In this document: positions 56,789 to 64,000 of the stretch, one piece after another | Layout: each line of letters begins with the position of its first letter | How positions within the stretch are numbered: the stretch's first letter is position 1 | Assembly (NCBI GenBank): GCA_964582375.1 | Contig: CAZORL010000002.1 | Location: forward strand, 42,860-106,859 | Source of the DNA: an uncultured Lachnospiraceae bacterium | GTDB lineage: Bacteria > Bacillota > Clostridia > Oscillospirales > CAG-272 | DNA length: 64,000 nucleotides | Direction of reading: 5' to 3' | The notes under the pieces: generated by a model | Seen by the model: only the letters and a program-made list of their open reading frames with translations | Database searches by the model: none | What the model was told of the DNA's origin: nothing | Program-made: the position numbers and the translations under genes

Positions 56789-58792
56789 CTAAATATCGAT
56801 AGTCATATCGCCCGATGACGGTCCGACATCCATACGCAGTGCCGCCGTCTCTTCCTCGAAATGCCGCTTAACGGCAAGCACTATGCCAACGAGAACGCAG
56901 AAAAGTTGTGCACAAACGGTATAGTCGAATATCCAAACGGTCATTCCGCAAACGAGAATTGAAAACATGGCTGATATACATGCACACAGTACCTCTCTGC
57001 CGCGTTTTGCTCTCGGCATCCGCGTCAAGGTCGAGATCGCCGCCCTGAAACAAAGAAGAACTGCCGCCGCAAACAGAATCGTTCCGACAATTCCGGAGGT
57101 TACGAGCATGCCAAGGTAAAGACTTTGTGCATTTGATGCCGTGCATCCATCACTGACAACAGAATAAAGATCGGCAAAAGTTTGGGAAGAAAATCCCATA
57201 CCGCAAAGAGGTTCAAACTTAACGAGTTCAAGAGAGCCCTTCCAGACCTCAAATCTTGAAACGAGCGAGGCGTCTCTAAGAACGAGCACCGACAGTATCT
57301 TTTGAAGAACACTTTCCGGGAGCAGAAACAGCGCGATCGGCGATGCCGCAACGGCTATGAATACTATGCGAAAGACTTTGCCGACAGTGAGTGCCGCCAT
57401 CGCAAGAATGCCGACGGCAAGAGCGATCACCGCACTTTTCGAGCCTGTAAGGACGAGTGCCGCAATTTGAACGACAAGCGAAACAGAGCCGGTCGAGATC
57501 GAGATCTTACGACGGCTGAGCAGAGCTGCCGTCAAAAAGATCGAGGCAAGCATCCAAACGGCAAGCATCTCGGGGGTTCGCATGATATTGCCCGTGCCGA
57601 TAGGTCTTTGAAGGATCACCGCGCGTGCGATCGCAAGCATTCCGACAAGCGTTGACGATGCACAGACGCAGGAGAGGAATTTGTCAAGCCATCTGCCTCT
57701 GACGAGAAGATTCTTGCAAAGATAGCAGATACAAAAGCAGGACGCCGAGGACAAAGCGTGGGACACATCGCCGCCGATCAGCTCGGCGACAGATATAAAT
57801 CCAAAGAATATTGCGAGAGTTCCGTCAAGAGCGTCAAATGATGCAAGTCTGTTTCCGAGTGCCGCCTTTGCCGCAAAGGCAAGCGTCAATGTGATCACAA
57901 AAACAGCTGCAACAAGATCGGCATTTTCAAAGAGAAATGCAAAAGGTGCAAAAAAAGCAAACACGAGAAGCCCTGCCTCGGGAACCGATACAACGGCAAA
58001 CAGTATAAGTGTTACGAAAACAAGAGAGATGACCATCGATATCGGAACAAAACAGGTAAAAAGCCCGAGTACAAGACCAAAGCAAAACGGGAGGACTCCC
58101 GTATAACCGCCGTATGTTTCGGGTGAATCGGCATTTTTTTGCTTTTTACCGAGAAGATCTTCCTTACCAAACATCGGAACAACGATCGCCCTGCCGATTC
58201 GACTCTCAAAAACATAATCCATAAGTGTGATGTTGTTTTTCGGAAGCAGAAACACAGACAGAATAACGAACGGAAAAAGCATTATCAAAGAGAAGAAAAT
58301 CGACGAGAGATCAACATCACTTGATGTAAAAAATCCCGCCATGCAGACAACTATCGATGTAAGCGAGAGTGCGAGGAGAAAAAATCCGAGTGATGATGCG
58401 GGTACCTCGGGAATGGCGGCAAATCTGTCAATGACCGATGAGACGATCTTGTTTGAATGCACGGCATCACGCAGTCTGCTGCTTATCGGACTGCGCACCG
58501 TCTGTCTGTTATATATCCTCAGATTATCGTCGATATGCTCTGTTCCGATCTCTCTTTTTGGGTGATATTTTTTCTTGTAATGCCGTCTGCGTCTGTCGGC
58601 GGCAAGACTTACCGTTTTTGAATTTTTCACGCGGCGGTCGAAATTTTCGTAGGATGTGAAATATCTTCCGAAAAGACTCTTTTCGAGAAGCGACGCATAT
58701 CTTTTATCAAAAAAACCGCATATTCTGCCGAAAATTGTGCCGTGCCGTTTTTCTTTTGTTTTTGATCTTTCGGTTTCGCCCATCTGCGTCAC
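56789..58792 (-). CDS. O-antigen ligase/Wzy_C-like polytopic membrane protein with a basic cytoplasmic N-terminal domain of about 130 aa
   Basis: 667 aa with at least 10 hydrophobic helices and a central loop region typical of Wzy_C/O-antigen-ligase family proteins. The N-terminus is rich in R/K (RRRRHYKKKYHPKRE). Confidence 0.6.
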   Translation of the reverse strand: MTQMGETERSKTKEKRHGTIFGRICGFFDKRYASLLEKSLFGRYFTSYENFDRRVKNSKTVSLAADRRRRHYKKKYHPKREIGTEHIDDNLRIYNRQTVRSPISSRLRDAVHSNKIVSSVIDRFAAIPEVPASSLGFFLLALSLTSIVVCMAGFFTSSDVDLSSIFFSLIMLFPFVILSVFLLPKNNITLMDYVFESRIGRAIVVPMFGKEDLLGKKQKNADSPETYGGYTGVLPFCFGLVLGLFTCFVPISMVISLVFVTLILFAVVSVPEAGLLVFAFFAPFAFLFENADLVAAVFVITLTLAFAAKAALGNRLASFDALDGTLAIFFGFISVAELIGGDVSHALSSASCFCICYLCKNLLVRGRWLDKFLSCVCASSTLVGMLAIARAVILQRPIGTGNIMRTPEMLAVWMLASIFLTAALLSRRKISISTGSVSLVVQIAALVLTGSKSAVIALAVGILAMAALTVGKVFRIVFIAVAASPIALFLLPESVLQKILSVLVLRDASLVSRFEVWKGSLELVKFEPLCGMGFSSQTFADLYSVVSDGCTASNAQSLYLGMLVTSGIVGTILFAAAVLLCFRAAISTLTRMPRAKRGREVLCACISAMFSILVCGMTVWIFDYTVCAQLFCVLVGIVLAVKRHFEEETAALRMDVGPSSGDMTIDI

Positions 58793-58841
58793 CTCCGTTT
58801 CTTTTGTATTTTTTTTATTATTTATTCAACATTGTCCGTTT

Positions 58842-59516
58842 TTACAGAAGATCGGGACGATTTTTTTCGGTCAGACGGAGAGACTCGACAGCTCGCCATT
58901 TTTCGATCTGCGCACGATCTCCGCACCGAAGCACCTCGGGCACTTCCCTTCCGCGAAAGACGGGAGGGCGAGTATACTGCGGATATTCAAGTGCACCGCA
59001 AGCGATGCTTTCGTTTTCGAAGCACTCGGGATCGGCAAGCACGCCGTCAATCATCCGTGCCATGACATCAATGAGTATACATGCGGGAAGCTCGCCGCCG
59101 GTCAGGACATAATCACCGATCGATATTTCCTCATCAACTATCTCGTCAACGATCCGTCGATCGATTCCCTCGTAATGACCGCAAAGGATGGTAAGATTAT
59201 CATATGAAAGCAGTTCGGCGGCTCTTTTTTGAGTGAGTATTTTTCCTTGAGGTGACATATAGACACAATGCGAGCTGCCCTGTTGCATCTTTCTGACGCT
59301 GTCAAAGCAGTCGCAGACGGGCGGTGCCGCCATCAGCATGCCTTTTCCTCCGCCGTAGGGAGTATCGTCAACTCTTCTGTGCTTGTCCTTTGACCAATCG
59401 CGGATATTGTGTGCCCTGACAGTTATAAGTCCAGCCTCTTTGGCTCTGCCGATTATGCTCGAATCTGTGACGACATCGATCAGCTCGGGAAAAAGTGTGA
59501 GTACGTCGAAATTCAT
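58842..59516 (-). CDS. trmD: tRNA (guanine37-N1)-methyltransferase
   Basis: FDVLTLFPE N-terminus and the GHYEGIDRR and SIGDYVLTGGELPA motifs. Confidence 0.96.
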   Translation of the reverse strand: MNFDVLTLFPELIDVVTDSSIIGRAKEAGLITVRAHNIRDWSKDKHRRVDDTPYGGGKGMLMAAPPVCDCFDSVRKMQQGSSHCVYMSPQGKILTQKRAAELLSYDNLTILCGHYEGIDRRIVDEIVDEEISIGDYVLTGGELPACILIDVMARMIDGVLADPECFENESIACGALEYPQYTRPPVFRGREVPEVLRCGDRAQIEKWRAVESLRLTEKNRPDLL

Positions 59517-60043
59517 GAGAACATGCCCTCGATCGGATTAATGAAAAGTCCGTGTTCGAGATCGGTCTTTTCGATAAATTCGGGAACAGCGGGGAAAAGT
59601 CGGACATTTCCGTCATCATCGGTGATCTCGTACACATCGGATGCACCGTAGCTTGACACATCGGTTATCTTTCCGTAGATCCTACCGCTTTTGGCATCAA
59701 TTACATCAAGTCCAAGCAGATCGGCTATGTAATAGCTACCCTCTTTCAGCGACGGAAGATCGTTTCTGTCTGCGTAAAGCGACACGCCTTTAAGGCATGA
59801 CGCAGTTTCTCTCGAATCAAATCCGTCTATATGAACGAGCATCACTCCCTCGCGATGACGAGTATTTCTCGACAGGTTACAGAGTGTATACTTTTCGCCC
59901 CGAACAATGCAGATCCTTTTAAGCGAGCGAAAGACGTCGGTCGAATCGCAAAGACAGGCGACAGTCAGATCGCCCGACACGCCGTGCACATTCTGCACGA
60001 CGCCGACCTCGAGATATTTTTTATTTTCTGATATTTCAGACAT
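59513..60043 (-). CDS. rimM: 16S rRNA processing protein RimM
   Basis: Starting at the ATG at 60043 gives MSEISENKKYLEVGVVQNVHGVSGDL, a RimM-type N-terminus, with a PRC barrel at the C-terminus. It has a 4-nt overlap with trmD. Confidence 0.88.
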   Translation of the reverse strand: MSEISENKKYLEVGVVQNVHGVSGDLTVACLCDSTDVFRSLKRICIVRGEKYTLCNLSRNTRHREGVMLVHIDGFDSRETASCLKGVSLYADRNDLPSLKEGSYYIADLLGLDVIDAKSGRIYGKITDVSSYGASDVYEITDDDGNVRLFPAVPEFIEKTDLEHGLFINPIEGMFS

Positions 60044-60587
60044 TTGGGACTGTTTCCTCATTGCTTTTATTGCCGGCTTTTTTATCGAGAACACCGACGA
60101 TCTCGCAAATGTATATCTTATGATAATCTTTTATGGGATACCATTTTTCGACGCTCTGATCAAGCAGATTTTCGGGACGGAGCGTATCGGTGTACAGCTT
60201 TTTCAAAAGATATACGCGATCGGCTTCGTTGACACCGACAAAGCCGTCTTTTTCAAAGGTCGTAAATCCGCAAAGCTTTGCCTTTTCGACATCTCTGCCG
60301 CTCTTTGTGCCGCATAGCTTAAGCTGATCCCTGTATTTTTCGTCAAACACCGAGACGGTAAGCGTGTCGGTCTTATCGGCAAGCTCTCTTGTATACCTGC
60401 CCGGGCGAACGAAAAGCGTACATATAGGCTTGCCCCAAAGCACGCCCATAGTTCCCCAGCTTGCAGTCATAAGGTTAAGATTATCCTTTTCGTCATCCCG
60501 ACAGCCTATTATAAGCCAACGGTTTCCTATCTCATCAAAAACGTTACCGCACAGCTCATGCGGCTTTACATACTCAAAATCAAACAT
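60036..60587 (-). CDS. Flavin reductase-like (FMN-binding split-barrel) protein
   Basis: 183 aa with the MTASWGTMGVLWGKPICTLFVRPGRYT motif typical of the flavin reductase-like domain. Its stop codon overlaps the rimM start. Confidence 0.7.
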   Translation of the reverse strand: MFDFEYVKPHELCGNVFDEIGNRWLIIGCRDDEKDNLNLMTASWGTMGVLWGKPICTLFVRPGRYTRELADKTDTLTVSVFDEKYRDQLKLCGTKSGRDVEKAKLCGFTTFEKDGFVGVNEADRVYLLKKLYTDTLRPENLLDQSVEKWYPIKDYHKIYICEIVGVLDKKAGNKSNEETVPNV

Positions 60588-60630
60588 GTTACAGACCTTC
60601 CGTTAAGTTGCCGATCAACTGCAAATCACC

Positions 60631-60654
60631 AATAATATCGTCAATAATATCGTC
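60631..60654. repeat. Perfect 12-nt tandem duplication (aataatatcgtc x2) in the flavin-reductase/yybS divergent intergenic region
   Basis: Read directly from the sequence: 60631-60642 equals 60643-60654. Confidence 0.9.
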
Positions 60655-60844
60655 GCAAGATCCGGCTCTGTTGCTATTATATACTTTTTTTTGGATTTCG
60701 TCAAGAGATTTTTTCGAAATTGCTTTACTTTTGAGAGAAATTATGATATAATAGAACGGAACGGACGAAAAAACCAATGAAAAATGGAAACATTTGGAAA
60801 AGGCAGCCGTGTGGGCACCTGCAACCGTCAATGAAAGGACAGTT

Positions 60845-61918
60845 ATGGATATTCAAAATCAAAACGATCTTCAAAAAATACCGTCAAAAAAGCTGTCAAG
60901 GATGCTGCTCATACTTGCGATAGTCCTCGGTGCGCTCAGTCCGACATCGGGCGGCGTATTATTGACCGCGATCGCCGTCACGGTTGCGACCGTCCCATTT
61001 CTCTGTCTTTCTGCAAAGGGCGGTCGTCCGCGGATGCTTGCCGTTGCAGGGCTGTCATATGCCCTATCCTGTCTCGGAGCGGCAGCGATATCCCTCCTTG
61101 CCGATGGAAGCGTTTCGCCGACATGTCTGAGTGCAGGAGCATATGCAGTGATCGCACTCATAACAGCCATTTGCGTATACTCGCTGAAAAGTCGGCTTTT
61201 CACAGAGTCCATGGCATCGATTGCCCTTTCGATCGTTATGATATTGACCGTCTCACTATCGGCTGTCTATTACTGCAAGGCAGAGGGTATAACCGAGTTC
61301 TCTTCGATGATCAGGCAACTGGACACCGTCATTGAAAAGCAGCTTATCACCACATTTGAAGACACCTTTAGAGAAAGCGGGATCGCCTCTTACGAAATCG
61401 AAACACTTAAAGAACTCATAAAGAGCACATGGTTTTATACCAAGCTGCTCTTACCGAGCATCGTTTATCTTTCATCGCATATTATCATTCACATTTCGTG
61501 CGGCATATTCAGACGGATAATGCTCGGGTATTATTACGGAAGCAGGAAACTTAGCGGTTGGCTGCTCTCTCCGTCACCGATCTGTGCGATCTTGTTTTTG
61601 CTCTTCACTCAAGCGGTAACCATATGCGATCTGCTCGGATCCTTTCTTGAAGACAAGGATCTCACTACTTTCACGATTCTCATAATGAACCTTGTACTCA
61701 TAACGATCCTTCCTTGTCTTGCCTTCGGTTTCAGGTGGCTTAAGGCATCGATAAGATCGCACAAGCCGTATTCCGTACTGTTTCTTATTATTCTCATTTT
61801 GATCGCCCTTGTTGCCGGGTATTTTGCCATCTTGATACTTGCGGTACTCGGCGCAATCGTGAAAATAATGGAATACGTGAACAACATGGCAAAACGAAGG
61901 TCCGACCGCGAGCAATAA
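60845..61918 (+). CDS. yybS: YybS-family (DUF2232) polytopic membrane protein
   Basis: Multi-transmembrane protein immediately upstream of gdpP, as in Bacillus. The ATG at 60845 follows an AAAGGA RBS. Confidence 0.75.
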   Translation: MDIQNQNDLQKIPSKKLSRMLLILAIVLGALSPTSGGVLLTAIAVTVATVPFLCLSAKGGRPRMLAVAGLSYALSCLGAAAISLLADGSVSPTCLSAGAYAVIALITAICVYSLKSRLFTESMASIALSIVMILTVSLSAVYYCKAEGITEFSSMIRQLDTVIEKQLITTFEDTFRESGIASYEIETLKELIKSTWFYTKLLLPSIVYLSSHIIIHISCGIFRRIMLGYYYGSRKLSGWLLSPSPICAILFLLFTQAVTICDLLGSFLEDKDLTTFTILIMNLVLITILPCLAFGFRWLKASIRSHKPYSVLFLIILILIALVAGYFAILILAVLGAIVKIMEYVNNMAKRRSDREQ

Positions 61919-61956
61919 AGCGAAAAAACACTCACAACTCACAAGGAGAAAAAGGC

Positions 61957-63978
61957 ATGAAAAACAGATTAAGAAGCATCTGCAAGGCTTTGCCCGTGCG
62001 GCTTGCCGCCGTGATCGCACCTGCGATCATTGCCATGATGTTACTTCAATATTTCACTGCAAGCAGAGGTGCATCTCTTATCGTCTTCATCTCGATCTCG
62101 CTTGTTTACATCGGGATAATGACGGTCCTATTCTTGGCACGCAGATCAAGCGGCAAACACGGCACGCCCGATACCCATACGGGGTTTACCCCCGATATAA
62201 ACACCACTCTCTACAACTCGGTCAGCTCACCGATATGCGCCTGTGACATGTACGGCTTGATCAGATGGGGCAACAAGGCGTTCAGAGAGATATCCGATTC
62301 AGCCGGACGCAATATCCGCAGATTTTCGGAGATCGCGGGTATCGGCATTGACCAAGTGAAGTCAACAATAGACGGCAGCAAGGAGTGCATGATCACCGTT
62401 GCGGGGAAAAATTACAGGATCGAGGGCACCGTTCTCGGAAGTGACCAGGACATGCTTTACATCACCATCTGGCATGATGTGTCCGATCTGGAGCGAGTAC
62501 GTCAGGAGCTGTCGGACAACGATGCGCTGATCGCCTATATTTATATCGACAACCTCGAGGAGCTGGCACAGATAGAGCGTGACAACTATGCCTCTGCGAC
62601 AGCCGCCGCAGAGCGAATCTTATTCGAATGGGCAGCAAGTGTCAACGGAGTCCTCATAAGCTACGAGCGCGACAAATATGTCCTCTTTTACAAAGCAAAA
62701 TATCTGACCGCCTTCATTGACAGCAAATTCGACATTCTCGACAAAATAAGGGAGATACGCGTCGGTTCGGGATATCTTCCGATCACTATATCGATCGGAA
62801 CGTCCAACATAGGCAAGAACTTCAGCGAAAAGCGTGACAATGCATACTCGGCACTAAAATTCGCACTTGCCAAGGGCGGTGACCAAGCGATGGTCAAGAC
62901 CGAAAAGTTCAGTTATCATTTCGGCGGCATGACCAAGACCTCGCAAAAGCGATCGGCTGTCAAATCACACACGATCTCTCGTGCGCTCTCGGCGCAGATC
63001 TGTCGCTCGTCGAATGTTTTGATAATGGGACACCGAAATCCCGATTTCGACTGCTTTGGCTCCTGTGTCGGCATGGCGCGACTTTGCACATATCTCGGCG
63101 TCGAATGCAACATAATCATCGACAAGAGCAGTCCGAACATCGAAAAATGCTTCCCTTTGCTCAATGGGCTTGACGAATATGACAATATGTTCGTAACCTC
63201 CACCGAGTCGCTCGATCTCATCCGCAATGACACGACGCTGATAGTTTGCGATGTCAACAACAACTCGCAGTTTGAGTTGCCGGGTCTTGCCGACAGAGTC
63301 GGAAATGTCGTGTACATCGACCATCACCGTCAGACCGAGGAATTTACCACCACTCCGCTGCTTTCATACATTGAGCCGTCGGCATCGTCGGCGTGCGAAC
63401 TTGTATCCGAGATCCTCGAACAGGTAAGCGACAGTCTTCTTCGTCCGCAAGAGGCAAATCTCATGTATGCCGGCATCGTACTTGACACAAAGCATTTTGT
63501 CATCAACACGGGCGTTCGTACATTTGAGTCAGCGAGATACCTGCGTTCTATCGGCGACCCGGCAGAAACATACGATCTGTTCAGAACCGGACTTGACGAA
63601 ATGGCAAGAGAGGCGCGATTTGAGATAAGCAAAGAGCCGTACCGCAAAACCGTCATGATAGCACTCAACGATCTTGACGGCAACGACGAGGGTGACATTA
63701 CAATAGGTGCGAAGATATCCGACAGGCTCTTAAATGTCGAGGGAATCGAGGCGACATTCGTTATTCTCCGCCTTGACGGAGCGTTCAGGATATCTGCACG
63801 CTCATCGGGCGACATAAATGTCGAGACGATACTGCGCAGGCTCGGCGGCGGCGGACATTTTAATGCGGCAGGGGCGAGCTGGAACGAGAGTTCGAGTGCG
63901 CACGACCTAATAAATGCACTCAAGAGATCGATCGACATTTTCCTTGACGAGGAGCGCGGACGACTTGAGGCAGACTAA
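61957..63978 (+). CDS. gdpP: Cyclic-di-AMP phosphodiesterase GdpP (2 TM + PAS + degenerate GGDEF + DHH/DHHA1)
   Basis: 673 aa with DHH motifs (GHRNPDFDCFGS, VCDVNN, IDHHR) and DHHA1 GGGGH. Confidence 0.93.
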   Translation: MKNRLRSICKALPVRLAAVIAPAIIAMMLLQYFTASRGASLIVFISISLVYIGIMTVLFLARRSSGKHGTPDTHTGFTPDINTTLYNSVSSPICACDMYGLIRWGNKAFREISDSAGRNIRRFSEIAGIGIDQVKSTIDGSKECMITVAGKNYRIEGTVLGSDQDMLYITIWHDVSDLERVRQELSDNDALIAYIYIDNLEELAQIERDNYASATAAAERILFEWAASVNGVLISYERDKYVLFYKAKYLTAFIDSKFDILDKIREIRVGSGYLPITISIGTSNIGKNFSEKRDNAYSALKFALAKGGDQAMVKTEKFSYHFGGMTKTSQKRSAVKSHTISRALSAQICRSSNVLIMGHRNPDFDCFGSCVGMARLCTYLGVECNIIIDKSSPNIEKCFPLLNGLDEYDNMFVTSTESLDLIRNDTTLIVCDVNNNSQFELPGLADRVGNVVYIDHHRQTEEFTTTPLLSYIEPSASSACELVSEILEQVSDSLLRPQEANLMYAGIVLDTKHFVINTGVRTFESARYLRSIGDPAETYDLFRTGLDEMAREARFEISKEPYRKTVMIALNDLDGNDEGDITIGAKISDRLLNVEGIEATFVILRLDGAFRISARSSGDINVETILRRLGGGGHFNAAGASWNESSSAHDLINALKRSIDIFLDEERGRLEAD

Positions 63979-64000
63979 CAAACAACAAATTTCTGTTCTA

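Overview
64 kb of a low-to-moderate GC Firmicutes (Clostridia-type) chromosome. This assignment is inferred from gene order, AGGAGG-type ribosome binding sites and TTGACA-N17-TATAAT promoters with a TGTGA extended -10. Most genes are core housekeeping genes on the minus strand. They are: the livJHMGF branched-chain amino-acid ABC importer; rpoB-rpoC, detached from its usual ribosomal-protein neighbours; rpsT; tatD-rluD-lspA-ileS; the divIVA-ylmH-yggT-sepF-yggS block plus a HlyD-like adaptor and miaA; a dcw cluster (mraZ-rsmH-ftsL-pbp-murE-murF-mraY-ftsW-murG-ftsQ-ftsZ); coaD-rsmD-uvrC; ptsH; an uncharacterised envelope trio (Wzy/O-antigen-ligase-like protein plus two DUF4330-like paralogs); trmD-rimM; and, on the plus strand, yybS-gdpP. 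Between miaA (25.4 kb) and ftsZ (38.9 kb) lies an accessory-looking block. It holds two single-tRNA transcription units (tRNA-Ser GGA, tRNA CAU), secG with a Thr/Pro-rich tail, hprK, several Thr-rich exported or lipoproteins, and a GNAT. It also holds a beta-helix lipoprotein, a large GH27 alpha-galactosidase carrying rhodanese and NPCBM-like modules, an ABC exporter and three gene relics. The relics are a frameshifted and truncated RNHCP copy, a serpin C-terminal remnant, and an internally deleted GH78-like glycosidase. I found no CRISPR array, transposase, integrase, phage genes or recognisable defence or toxin-antitoxin system. The most unusual items are the gene relics, the domain fusion, the conserved uncharacterised envelope modules and a few structured leaders. 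All family assignments come from motif recognition by eye and need HMM or BLAST confirmation.
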